Positions 27,001 through 36,045 of a stretch of DNA of 55,061 nt are shown here, one piece after another. Location: positions 1 to 55,061 of the IMG/VR virus record IMGVR_UViG_3300030109_000603. The stretch is one strand, 5' to 3'. A model generated the notes under the pieces. It searched no databases. It worked only from the letters and a program-made list of their open reading frames with translations, and was not told where the DNA came from. The stretch's first letter is position 1, and every line of letters begins with the position of its first letter. The translations under genes were made by a program, and so were the position numbers. This DNA comes from a virus (taxonomy: Duplodnaviria; Caudoviricetes).

Positions 27001-28803
27001 AATTTACAAGGTAATTATAACAAAGGTGGAATGACTATGAATGGACAAATGGAAATGGCATTTATGCAAGATGGTGGATTAAAAGATGATGGGATGAAAA
27101 AAGATCCGATATCAGGTAATCCAATCCCTAATGGCTCTATGGCTAAAGAGGTGCGAGATGATATTCCTGCCCAACTGTCTGAAGGTGAGTATGTTGTACC
27201 TGCTGATGTCGTAAGATACCTTGGTGTAAAACACTTTGAGGATTTACGTGATAGAGCAAAAAGTGGCTTGCAGAATATGGAAGCAAATGGTAGAATAGGT
27301 GGAGAGCCAATTCCACCAATGCAACCACAGATGGCTGATGGTGGTGATCTTACTCCACAAGAAATGAATGAAATTACTAATATGATGAACCAAGGTGGTA
27401 TGGCTCGTAAAGGATACTATGGTGGTGGGTTTTCTAATACTGGTGGTGGTACTAGTTTTTATGATCCAGACCCTGCTAAAACTGCAAAAGCAATTGCTAC
27501 ACCAACAAAATATACTGGCTCATTTAGTAATGTAAATAGGCCAGTTGGTACAGGTACTGTTGTTCAAGATAGTCCTGTTACTTTGTATGGACCTAATGGA
27601 CAAGTAGTAACTGTACAGCTACCTTCACAACAAGAAGCTTATAATAATTATCTTACACAAGGTTATTCAACTACACCTCCGGGTACTACAAGTATTACAC
27701 AACCTCAAACAAGAAGCTCTAGTGATAGAGATGATGCTAAAGCAGAAAAGAAACGACTAGCTGATATGGTTGCAGAACAAGAAAGAGCTAGTCGAGTTGC
27801 AATATCAGATATGACTAAAGAACAAGCCCTTGAAGCATATCAAGGTGTAGAAATGGCTAAGTATGTTACTTCTGGTATGGTAGCTTTAAATCCAGCTATT
27901 GCTATTATTGGTAGACTATTTGCTGGTAATGAAAGCAAAAAAATTGAAGAACGTTTAAAAGAACTAGGTGTAACTGAATTACCAAAAGTTGACTATAAAA
28001 AAGGTGGTATAATAGGTAATATACTAGGTGGTAATAGTCTATTAGATGTATTAGATAATGCTATTACAGGACTACAAGAAGGTAAAATTGGTGCTGGTAA
28101 ATCTACATATGTAGCACAATTTAAACCTTCTAACTCTGGAGAGTATGGAAATAATTTGCAACAGTCTACAGGCAGTCTGTGGGGCAGTGAACAGGAAGCA
28201 TATGATCATGCAGTTAAAAGTGGTAACTATCATGTAGCAAATCACTTTGATGCTGTTAATCGTTTACGTGGTAAACAAAATAATTTTTATGAGTCAACTA
28301 AAGGTATGAGTAAAACTGCTGCATATGCTGAAGGACGTAAACTTGGACTATCTGTACATGACATGGATCAAGCATTTAAATATGGTGGTAGTTTAGGTAG
28401 AGCTATTTCTCAAGGTGTTGTTAAAAAAGAAGGTTTCTTTGGCACATATGAATTTATAGAAGGTAAAACAGTAGCTGATGTACAGGGTGGAACTACACCT
28501 GATCCTAGCAAACCTACAACTCCACAAGATAAAATTACTCCTGTTAAATCTGAGGATAATAATAAAGGACCATCTCATTCAGAGATTATGGCTCAACATA
28601 ATGCAATGAGAGAAAAAACTAAAAAAGCAGGTGAAACAGCACAAAAAAGTTTAGATACTTATAAAAAACAAACTGCAGGTCTTTCTAAATCAGATCAACA
28701 AAAAGAAGCAGAAAAAAGAACAGAGTCTGTTATAAGTGATATGCAAAGAGGAATACAACGAGGATTTAAAAAAGGTGGTTTAGCATCTAAACCTAAAAAA
28801 TAA
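24058..28803 (+). CDS. Giant multidomain (probably internal virion) protein with polyvalent-protein-like domain and CHAP/NlpC-P60-like amidase
   Basis: EELQSD-containing domain; WCAAFV...HVTFY...GGNQ; DDIPAQLSEGEYVVPADVV; repeated xxGG motifs. Confidence 0.75.
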   Translation: MTNLDQQMKKGMGYGELIVDNILGLDNEYESFGEKLGKAINEDEIGFLKDAAVGIYEGAKEFVTSPIETTKEVITNIKDSVQRLGSEDLDTRLQSMYGVSYDQATDQQVTAAREAVIGDAMTALELIPAAKAATVTAKAASSAIPSGVKADIVGQTKAVFGGDMEFLKGTPTERSGTVGVGAEVVGQDDVSLDDITDYMDSEVTPTKSKKETNPLVRSVNASNVEVQADLADFRSSVLGSLDNLAIGKDGMSGFQIKKFLEKRAPKINKTELYWSGLLENLDDNKKYSKQQLKTLADRNVPRVDIEVLDGSYARYRDQQRVALNVNNNVMQPLDGYKEIVIVNKNTKGTEYSAGHYDIMFQPDGNVLAHVRGSFVENNEPDFPIKEKFFLVEELQSDAVQQHTVADKAIAKKIKEEKASKPTLGDIGLHYQTKINEAVFDYLMNGLEFTDKFIKDIDSYNYHFRYIGDQDTAEQATHLGLTNIIDDMTRLKSRFLDGNTSKDAIVLQLSQKYGLKERSITRRSIEELDEVDNIFANVLGDYVFGKTAVRKFNKENNNKFKEDLINIFKGINIDTGLEKDLVPAKLSDTIRMSLLAVIRESKSEGVNKIYIPTPEVISKAHDLSLEAAKNTYSDGVRKVLRTLNNETNGKIKFKNKNPEGISYYENKDAVGIEIDITDFDLPDNPQFRFDRGGLAVSQTEQMMGMPTMRDPAVIDPTTGQPYDALGSMRQQAEQTRQAEVKEEFEKLKLPEDIQEEAEEILRPKLRPEGLPNVYETKTAVDKVLDLGYLLKEKQKTGGGLSRIVSGLDENNPVHQKIIKGFFDNAVGGDTGFNPTKDAWCAAFVNHVLTELGADLINSKDRYDRIRANKYKNYGQPVDINNIQEGDIVVFDFDKDGTADHVTFYAGGRITSQGEGQYINVIGGNQAGEVSIRENHPLYTLDNVAAIRRITYDGDAYEIAQSHKDSDPIFKTFLPEEHEDYAFNLQGNYNKGGMTMNGQMEMAFMQDGGLKDDGMKKDPISGNPIPNGSMAKEVRDDIPAQLSEGEYVVPADVVRYLGVKHFEDLRDRAKSGLQNMEANGRIGGEPIPPMQPQMADGGDLTPQEMNEITNMMNQGGMARKGYYGGGFSNTGGGTSFYDPDPAKTAKAIATPTKYTGSFSNVNRPVGTGTVVQDSPVTLYGPNGQVVTVQLPSQQEAYNNYLTQGYSTTPPGTTSITQPQTRSSSDRDDAKAEKKRLADMVAEQERASRVAISDMTKEQALEAYQGVEMAKYVTSGMVALNPAIAIIGRLFAGNESKKIEERLKELGVTELPKVDYKKGGIIGNILGGNSLLDVLDNAITGLQEGKIGAGKSTYVAQFKPSNSGEYGNNLQQSTGSLWGSEQEAYDHAVKSGNYHVANHFDAVNRLRGKQNNFYESTKGMSKTAAYAEGRKLGLSVHDMDQAFKYGGSLGRAISQGVVKKEGFFGTYEFIEGKTVADVQGGTTPDPSKPTTPQDKITPVKSEDNNKGPSHSEIMAQHNAMREKTKKAGETAQKSLDTYKKQTAGLSKSDQQKEAEKRTESVISDMQRGIQRGFKKGGLASKPKK

Positions 28804-28850
28804 TAAGGCTACTCAGCTACGGCTGACCCCAACATAAAAGGAGATAGGAT

Positions 28851-29732
28851 ATGCCTGAACTAGCAGAAGTGGAAGCACCAAAAACTGCAGGATTTGTAGA
28901 TCGTGGATATAGTTACGAGAAACGAAAAAAGAAAATAGAAGATGAAGAAAAGGAGATAGCAGAGCTTGAAGCCCAACAACGTGGTGAATCTGAAGAAGTC
29001 GAAGAAGAAACCAAAGAGGAAGAGGCCAATACAGAAGCTGAAGAAGAAACGTTATCTGCAGAAGAAAAATCTTTTAAAAAACGTTATGGTGATCTAAGAC
29101 GCCATATGCAGCAGAAAGAAAAAGAATGGGATGCAAAGCTTGAAAAGCTACAAACTTCTAAATCAAGTGTTATCCCACCTAAGTCTGATGAAGACATAGA
29201 AGCATGGGCAGAAAAATATCCTGACGTTGCTGGTATAGTAGAAACTATCGCAACTAAAAAAGCACAGGAGATGTTTGAGAAAGCTGATACTCGACTAAAA
29301 GAACTAGACGAAGCTCAATCAGAAGCTAATCGAGTTAAAGCTGAGAATAAAATACGTGAGTCACATTCTGACTTTGATAAACTACGTGAGTCAGACGAGT
29401 TTCATAATTGGGCTGACGAACAACCTAAGTGGGTTAAAGATGCACTTTATGAAAATGCAGATGACCCAGCTTCAGTAGTACGTGTTATTGATCTTTATAA
29501 AATAGATAAAGGTCTTACTATTAAAGATAAAAAAGCAAATAAAAAAGCAGCAGCTTCACCAGTTACTAAACGTAGCAAAACACAAGTTGATGTAGCTGAT
29601 GCTAATGAAATGATCCGTGAGTCAGATGTTGCTAGAATGTCTGATAAAGAATTTGAAGAACGCTCAGATGAAATTACTAAAGCAATGCGTAATGGTAAAT
29701 TTATCTATGACGTGTCTGGTAATGCCAGATAA
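28851..29732 (+). CDS. Capsid scaffolding protein
   Basis: Acidic coiled coil, FKKRYGDLRRH, directly upstream of capsid. Confidence 0.75.
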   Translation: MPELAEVEAPKTAGFVDRGYSYEKRKKKIEDEEKEIAELEAQQRGESEEVEEETKEEEANTEAEEETLSAEEKSFKKRYGDLRRHMQQKEKEWDAKLEKLQTSKSSVIPPKSDEDIEAWAEKYPDVAGIVETIATKKAQEMFEKADTRLKELDEAQSEANRVKAENKIRESHSDFDKLRESDEFHNWADEQPKWVKDALYENADDPASVVRVIDLYKIDKGLTIKDKKANKKAAASPVTKRSKTQVDVADANEMIRESDVARMSDKEFEERSDEITKAMRNGKFIYDVSGNAR

Positions 29733-29735
29733 CTA

Positions 29736-29767
29736 TTGACAAATAAAAAATCAATAGTATAACTAGG
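29736..29767 (+). promoter_or_regulatory. Capsid promoter TTGACA-N16-TATAACTAGG
   Basis: Shared promoter class. Confidence 0.75.
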
Positions 29768-29969
29768 GAGTATGAAACAAAAGCCTCTTGTGACTACCTT
29801 TTGTTTTATACTTATTTCCAATAAAGTCTAAACTAGGAAGAACTACCTGTTCGAGTATAGGCCCGTATGTTTAACGGTTGGCCGACTGTTAGCCTTACGC
29901 ACCCTAGAAAAGCAACAGCCTCTTATTGGTATTAGCTTTTAAGTAAGCCAACTATCAGGAGGATTTATT

Positions 29970-31043
29970 ATGGCTTTTACAACTGCAGGGGGATACGGTA
30001 ACTTACCTAACGGTAATTTTAGTTCCGTAATCTACTCCAAAAAAGTACAACTTGCATTCCGCAAGAGTACTGTTTGTGGTGATATCACTAACTCTGATTA
30101 TTTTGGGGAAATTGCTGCCCAAGGTGATACGGTGAAAATCATCAAAGAACCTGAGATTTCAGTCTCGTCTTATGCACGAGGTACACAGGTTTCAGCACAA
30201 GATCTTGACGATGAGGATTTTTCTCTTGTAGTCGATAAAGCAAACTATTTTGCTTTTAAGATTGACGATATTGAGGAAGCTCACTCACATGTTAACTTTA
30301 TGGATCTTGCAACTAACCGTGCAGCATATCGTTTGGCTGACCAACATGACCAAGAAGTTCTTGGCTATTTGGCAGGTTTCAAACAGTCATCTTTGCACTC
30401 GCAAGCAGATACAGCTAATGACGTTGTAAACGGATCAAAAGCTGTTTCAACTGCTGGTTCTAACGAATTGCTTTCAAGTATGCAATTGAAAAAGGGTGAC
30501 TTCGGTAACATCACAACTGGTTCTGCTGGAGATCATTCGATCCCACTAGCAGCACGTTTGCCGGGTGCTACTGCACTACCAACTGCTACAGCTTCACCAG
30601 CAATGGTTGTTGCTCGTATGGCACGTCTACTTGATCAACAACAAGTTGATAAAGCTGGACGGTGGCTTGTAGTTGATCCAGTATTCATGGAACTTCTTGC
30701 TGACGAAGACTCACGTTTCTTCAATGCAGATTTCGGTGAATCAGGTGGACTACGTAATGGTCTTGTCTTGAATAACTTCCACGGTTTCCGTGTATACACT
30801 TCAAGCAATTTGCCAGCAGTAGGTACAGGACCGGGTACAACAGGTTCTGCAAACCAAAACACTAACTATGGTGTTATTGTCGCTGGTCATGATTCTGCAG
30901 TAGCAACTGCAGAGCAGATCAACAAAACTGAAACATATCGTGACCCTGACTCATTTGCAGACATTGTTCGTGGTATGCATCTATATGGTCGCAAGATCCT
31001 TCGTCCAGAAGCTCTTGTTAATGCCAAGTATAACGCAGCGTAA
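29970..31043 (+). CDS. Major capsid protein
   Basis: 357 aa; GDTVKI, ETYRDPDSFADIVRGMHLYGRKILRPE; AGGAGG RBS. Confidence 0.9.
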   Translation: MAFTTAGGYGNLPNGNFSSVIYSKKVQLAFRKSTVCGDITNSDYFGEIAAQGDTVKIIKEPEISVSSYARGTQVSAQDLDDEDFSLVVDKANYFAFKIDDIEEAHSHVNFMDLATNRAAYRLADQHDQEVLGYLAGFKQSSLHSQADTANDVVNGSKAVSTAGSNELLSSMQLKKGDFGNITTGSAGDHSIPLAARLPGATALPTATASPAMVVARMARLLDQQQVDKAGRWLVVDPVFMELLADEDSRFFNADFGESGGLRNGLVLNNFHGFRVYTSSNLPAVGTGPGTTGSANQNTNYGVIVAGHDSAVATAEQINKTETYRDPDSFADIVRGMHLYGRKILRPEALVNAKYNAA

Positions 31044-31057
31044 GGGAGGATTGAATT

Positions 31058-31549
31058 ATGGCATTAGGTGATAACACACTCCAATCTGCACGAGGAGCGA
31101 ACAGCAATCCGGGTAGAAAACCTTACATGGTTCAAACTGTATTGAACCTAGCAACTGCTTTGTCAGACAAAGGTTCTGCTCTTGCAGCATCCGATGTTGT
31201 TCCTGTAATTGCTGTACCAAAAGGTACAATGATTTTGAATGCAGGTATTGAAGTTGACACAGCATCAGATGGTTCTACATTTACTGTAGACCTTGGAACT
31301 GGTGTAGATGCTGACGTATTCGTTGATGGTTTTGACGGTACATCTGCAGCAGCGGTAGTTGCACAAAATCCTGCAGCATATCAGCCAGTAATGGCTGTAG
31401 CTAATGACAACATTGATCTGACAATTGCTACATTGTCTGGTGGTGCTGTTACTACAGGTAAATTCCGTATCTGGGCAGTAATGATGGATTGCACAGATGC
31501 AGGTAAAGACGGTACTGCTCAAGAAGTAGACCGTGATTTACTAGCATAA
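31058..31549 (+). CDS. Capsid decoration / minor capsid protein
   Basis: Beta-rich, follows capsid, precedes terminator. Confidence 0.65.
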   Translation: MALGDNTLQSARGANSNPGRKPYMVQTVLNLATALSDKGSALAASDVVPVIAVPKGTMILNAGIEVDTASDGSTFTVDLGTGVDADVFVDGFDGTSAAAVVAQNPAAYQPVMAVANDNIDLTIATLSGGAVTTGKFRIWAVMMDCTDAGKDGTAQEVDRDLLA

Positions 31550-31556
31550 AATAACT

Positions 31557-31586
31557 TTAAGGGGCTGCTTTAAGGTGGCCCCTTAA
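31557..31586 (+). terminator. Hairpin terminator after capsid genes
   Basis: TTAAGGGGC...GCCCCTTAA. Confidence 0.7.
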
Positions 31587-31608
31587 ACTTAACTAGAGGA
31601 TTCCAAAC

Positions 31609-32046
31609 ATGGGCATTACAACAGCAATGTGTACAAGTTTTAAAGGTGAACTGCTTGGCGGTATCCATGATTTGGATACCCATACTATTAAACTTGCATT
31701 AATTAAAGCTTCACCTTCTGGTACATATAATGCAGCAACAACTAATTATTCAGATGTAACGGGTAACTCTGATGAAGCATCTGGTACAAATTACTCTGCA
31801 GGTGGTCAAAACCTAGATAGTCCAGCTATTACTACATCTGGAACTACTGCAATGGTAGACTTTGCAGATGAAGTATTTTCAAACGTAACAACATCAGCAG
31901 ATGGGTGTATTATATATAATTCATCTGCATCTAATAAAGCCATTGCTGTAATTGATTTTGGTGGTACAGTTAGTGCTACAGCAGGTGATCTAACTATTGA
32001 GTTTCCAGCAGTAGGAACAAGCACTGCAGTAATTCGTATTGCCTAA
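31609..32046 (+). CDS. Virion structural protein
   Basis: Small beta-rich, YSAGG, IDFGG motifs. Confidence 0.7.
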   Translation: MGITTAMCTSFKGELLGGIHDLDTHTIKLALIKASPSGTYNAATTNYSDVTGNSDEASGTNYSAGGQNLDSPAITTSGTTAMVDFADEVFSNVTTSADGCIIYNSSASNKAIAVIDFGGTVSATAGDLTIEFPAVGTSTAVIRIA

Positions 32047-32056
32047 GAGATAAACT

Positions 32057-32779
32057 ATGGCTGTTATAAAGGCTTCAGCAAGATACGGTACAGGTAGATA
32101 TGGAGTATCTGCTTATGGTGTTGAAGACATATCAATTACTCTTGCTAGTGTTGCAGCTACAGGCGCAGTAAATACAGTAGAAGAAAAACCTACTGAAGTT
32201 CTTAACAGTGTAAGTGCAACAGGTGCAGTTAATACTGTAACTGTAAATATACAAGAAGACATAGCTGGTGTAAGTGCAACTGGTGCTTTAGGCACAGTAG
32301 GTATTAGTAACACTGTAACACTCACTGGTATAGCAGGTACAATAGCAGTAGAATCTGTATCTGCTGGTGGTTTTGAAATTGACATTACAGAACGTATTAG
32401 TACAAGCGTAGTTGCAACAGGTGCTATTGGTACTGTAAAACTACAAGTAGATGAAAACTTAAATAGTGTAAGTTCTACAGGCTCTATTGGAACTCTTGTA
32501 CTACACGCAGATTCACAAATAACATTAATAGGTGTTACAGCCACAGCTTCGGTAAACGAAGTAGAAGATCAAACAACTGAAAAACTTGATAGTGTATCGG
32601 CAACAGGTACAGTACAGGCATTAGCACAAGTTAAAATATCAGAACGTTTAGCATCTGCATCAGCTACAGGAACTATAGGATTTAGTGCAACTAATGTAAC
32701 AGCCGTTAGTCCTAACTTTAATACATTTGCTGAAAATTATAGCCGTAGACGTACAGTTATATTACCAAAGGCAGCATAA
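32057..32779 (+). CDS. Fibre-like structural protein with SATG repeats
   Basis: ~20-aa repeats (L.SVSATGAV.TV). Confidence 0.7.
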   Translation: MAVIKASARYGTGRYGVSAYGVEDISITLASVAATGAVNTVEEKPTEVLNSVSATGAVNTVTVNIQEDIAGVSATGALGTVGISNTVTLTGIAGTIAVESVSAGGFEIDITERISTSVVATGAIGTVKLQVDENLNSVSSTGSIGTLVLHADSQITLIGVTATASVNEVEDQTTEKLDSVSATGTVQALAQVKISERLASASATGTIGFSATNVTAVSPNFNTFAENYSRRRTVILPKAA

Positions 32780-32955
32780 TGTCTACAGGATTTGATAGGA
32801 CAATAAGAGTAAGATCAGAGCAACGTTTAGTTTATATAGATGGTGCAACAACTACAACTACAAAAGAAAGAACTATAATAGTTCAAAAAGAAAATAGAGT
32901 AGTTCTTCCTAAAAGAGAAACAACTGCTTTAGACAGAACCATACGTATAGGTTAG
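32779..32955 (+). CDS. Small hypothetical protein (MSTGFDRTIRV..., 58 aa)
   Basis: Manual translation; TAATG coupling; repeated (D/E)RTI motif. Confidence 0.6.
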   Translation: MSTGFDRTIRVRSEQRLVYIDGATTTTTKERTIIVQKENRVVLPKRETTALDRTIRIG

Positions 32956-32963
32956 GATTAAAG

Positions 32964-33329
32964 ATGAGTTTTCGGTGGCCTAGTAAAGACCCAGATGAAC
33001 AGCTAGATTACAGTGTAGATTGGTCACGATTTCTTGACGATGGTACAGTTACACCCCCAACAATTACTGCTGTAACTTGGTTTATTCAATCTACTTTGTA
33101 TAATACAAAAACACAAATAGATGCAGGTGAAACATTTACAACTGCTTCAAGTAGTGCAACAACAGATAGTATGCAGAATGTATCTCAAACAAATACAGGA
33201 ACTGTTGCAACTATAAATCTTGCTGGTGGGCAAAATAATGTAGAGTATACACTTACATGCCGTATTACTTTTGGTGCAACAAATAGAATTGCAGAACGAA
33301 CTGTTAAATTAAAAGTGAAGGAACGTTAA
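32964..33329 (+). CDS. Fibre-tail adaptor-like protein
   Basis: KDPDEQLDYSVDW motif. Confidence 0.65.
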   Translation: MSFRWPSKDPDEQLDYSVDWSRFLDDGTVTPPTITAVTWFIQSTLYNTKTQIDAGETFTTASSSATTDSMQNVSQTNTGTVATINLAGGQNNVEYTLTCRITFGATNRIAERTVKLKVKER

Positions 33330-33330
33330 T

Positions 33331-34053
33331 ATGGCATATGATTACATTGGATTAGTCAATGACATAAACCGTAGGATTAATGAAGTTGAATTAACTTCTA
33401 GTAACTTTGCAACTGCATCTGGTGAGTATGCAATGGTAAAAGATGCGGTTAACTCTTCTATTCGTTATATTAATCAACATGAATATGAGTGGCCCTTTAA
33501 TCATGTAGAAACAACAGAAACATTAACTGCAGGTATTACACGTTATGCATACCCTTCAGATGCAAAAACTTTAGACTTCGATAGTTTTCGTATTAAACGT
33601 AATGACACTTTTGGTAACGAAACTAAAAAACTAAGAATAATGTCTTATGAGGAGTATTTAGAAAATTTTGTAGATGCTGAATATAATACATCTACTGCAC
33701 TTCGTGGTTTACCTGATTATGTTTTTAGAACACCTAGCTCAGAGTTTGGTTTATCAAAAACACCAGATAAAGCTTATGAGCTAGTATATGAATACTATAG
33801 ACTACCTGTAGATTTATCTAATAACACTGATGTGCCATCTATACCAGAACAGTTTCGTTATATTATTGTAGATGGTGCAATGCATTATGTTTATATGTTC
33901 CGTGGTGAAACACAAGAAGCACAAATTATGCAAGCTAAATATTTAGACGAGATAAAAAGTATGCGTAGCTTGTATGTTAATCGTTATGATTATTTAAGAT
34001 CGCCAGTAATAAATCAAACAAATACTTCCTTTAATACTATTAGGGTTTCTTAA
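33331..34053 (+). CDS. Tail tubular A / adaptor protein
   Basis: EWPF, P.IPEQF motifs; position in tail module. Confidence 0.7.
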   Translation: MAYDYIGLVNDINRRINEVELTSSNFATASGEYAMVKDAVNSSIRYINQHEYEWPFNHVETTETLTAGITRYAYPSDAKTLDFDSFRIKRNDTFGNETKKLRIMSYEEYLENFVDAEYNTSTALRGLPDYVFRTPSSEFGLSKTPDKAYELVYEYYRLPVDLSNNTDVPSIPEQFRYIIVDGAMHYVYMFRGETQEAQIMQAKYLDEIKSMRSLYVNRYDYLRSPVINQTNTSFNTIRVS

Positions 34054-34056
34054 TAC

Positions 34057-36039
34057 ATGCCAACAACTCGTCAAACATACCCTATAGAATTTAAGGGTGG
34101 ACTTGTTACTAATATGAGTCCTTTGCAGCAAGGTATTAATGCACCGGGATCTGCAAGAACTCTTAGAAACTTTGAACCATCTATTGAAGGTGGCTATCGT
34201 AGGATTGAAGGGTATACAAAATACAATAGTAGTATTATACCACCGTATGGTGCTCCTGTAGTACATGGAGCTAGTCAATCTGGCACTACCCTTATTATAG
34301 GTAATATACATCAAACACCAGAAGCAGGTGATACACTTACAATAACAGGTGTAACAGGAACATATACTATTGCATCTGGTGGTGTAACATACGATGCTAC
34401 AAATAATAGAGCTACATTAACTCTTACAGGTTCTCTTGCTAGTTCTCCTGCAAATGCAGCAGCAGTTACATTTGCTACAACAACCAGTAATTATCTTATG
34501 CTTGGTTGTGGTGTATTCTTAGACAGAGTTATTGTTGCTAAAAACGATGATCTTTTTAAAGTATCTTCTAGTACAATAACACATATCAATGTACCTAATT
34601 ATGGTACTGTACTTGTGAATGGTGCATCACAAACTGGATCAAGTCTTATTGTAGATGGTTTAACTGCAGCCCCACAAGCAGGTGATGTATTTAAAGTAGC
34701 AGGTATAGATAAAGTATATACTGTAACTTCAGATGCATCTGTAAGTTCTGGTGGTTCTACATTAGCCATAAACCCTGCATTAGCTAGTTCACCAGCAGAT
34801 GATGCTGCAATAACTTTTTTAAGTACATCAAGAGAAAGTGCTGGTAAAACTAGATTTGCACGATATAACTATACAGGAACAGAAAAAATAGCTATAGTAG
34901 ATGGTACTAATGTTCCTGCATTATATGATAACAGTACGTTTACTGCACTTAACGATGCTCCTACAGATGTTAATGGTGCAAGTTTTGTAGTCAACTTTAA
35001 AAACCAACTGTTCTTTGGCAAAAGTAATTTATTAACTTTTACTGCTCCATATACAGATAATGACTTTACAGCAGCTAATGGTTCTGGTACAATCTCTTTA
35101 GGGGCGACAATAACAGGACTAGTAGTATTTAGACAACAGTTAATTATTTTTACTGAGTCTTCTATATTTCAATTAGTTGGCAATACAATATCAGACTTCC
35201 AACTTCAACCAGTAACAACAGATATTGGCTGTGTAGATACAGATACTATTCAAGAGGTTGGTGGTGATGTAATGTTTTTAGGTCCAGACGGACTTAGATT
35301 ACTAAGTGCTACAGATCGTATCGGTGACTTTGGTTTAGGTGTCGTATCTAAAACAATACAAAAAGAAGTAACAAGTTTTATTTCTACTAATACTTCTTTT
35401 GCTAGTGTAGTTATTCGTGACAAATCACAATATCGCATATTAGGATACAACACTAACATCACACAAGAAAACGCTCAAGGTATACTAGGCACACAGTTTT
35501 CTGGTCAAGGTGGTGAAGGAATGGCTTGGGGTGAGTTACGTGGCATTAGAGCTTATGTAGCAGATAGTAGATTTTATCAAAACACAGAAACAATTGTATT
35601 TGGTAATGACGATGGTTATTTATACCAAATGGAAGATGGTAATAATTTTGATGGGGCTAATATACAAACTACTTTTGCTACTCCGTTTATGCCAATTAAT
35701 GATCCACGAGTTCGTAAGACATTTTATAAAGCATTTTTGTATACAGATCCACAAGGTAGTGTATCATTTGATATGAGCCTTAAATTAGACTTTGACCAAA
35801 AAGATAGTATACAACCAACAGAAATAAATTTTGATAATAATACAGGACAAGTTGCATTTTATGGTACAGCAGCATTTGGATCATCTGCAGTATATAGCAC
35901 TAAACTTTTAACTTTATTTGAGACACAATTAATTGGATCAGGATTTACAGGGTCCATACAGTTTGAATCAGACAGTACAGACCCACCATTTTCTCTTGAT
36001 GCAATCACAATAGAATTTGGTAATAACACGAGAAGGTAA
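34057..36039 (+). CDS. Tail tubular B / nozzle protein with two inserted repeat domains
   Basis: Beta-propeller-like IGCV...FLGPDGLR; size and position. Confidence 0.75.
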   Translation: MPTTRQTYPIEFKGGLVTNMSPLQQGINAPGSARTLRNFEPSIEGGYRRIEGYTKYNSSIIPPYGAPVVHGASQSGTTLIIGNIHQTPEAGDTLTITGVTGTYTIASGGVTYDATNNRATLTLTGSLASSPANAAAVTFATTTSNYLMLGCGVFLDRVIVAKNDDLFKVSSSTITHINVPNYGTVLVNGASQTGSSLIVDGLTAAPQAGDVFKVAGIDKVYTVTSDASVSSGGSTLAINPALASSPADDAAITFLSTSRESAGKTRFARYNYTGTEKIAIVDGTNVPALYDNSTFTALNDAPTDVNGASFVVNFKNQLFFGKSNLLTFTAPYTDNDFTAANGSGTISLGATITGLVVFRQQLIIFTESSIFQLVGNTISDFQLQPVTTDIGCVDTDTIQEVGGDVMFLGPDGLRLLSATDRIGDFGLGVVSKTIQKEVTSFISTNTSFASVVIRDKSQYRILGYNTNITQENAQGILGTQFSGQGGEGMAWGELRGIRAYVADSRFYQNTETIVFGNDDGYLYQMEDGNNFDGANIQTTFATPFMPINDPRVRKTFYKAFLYTDPQGSVSFDMSLKLDFDQKDSIQPTEINFDNNTGQVAFYGTAAFGSSAVYSTKLLTLFETQLIGSGFTGSIQFESDSTDPPFSLDAITIEFGNNTRR

Positions 36040-36045
36040 ACCAAG

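Noticed and set aside
27016-27033. KGG codons (AAAGGTGG) as internal Shine-Dalgarno sites explaining the GG motif
   Set aside because: The following ATG is usually adjacent or absent and codons vary while the peptide is kept, favouring protein-level selection; an internal start near 27031-27052 is not excluded
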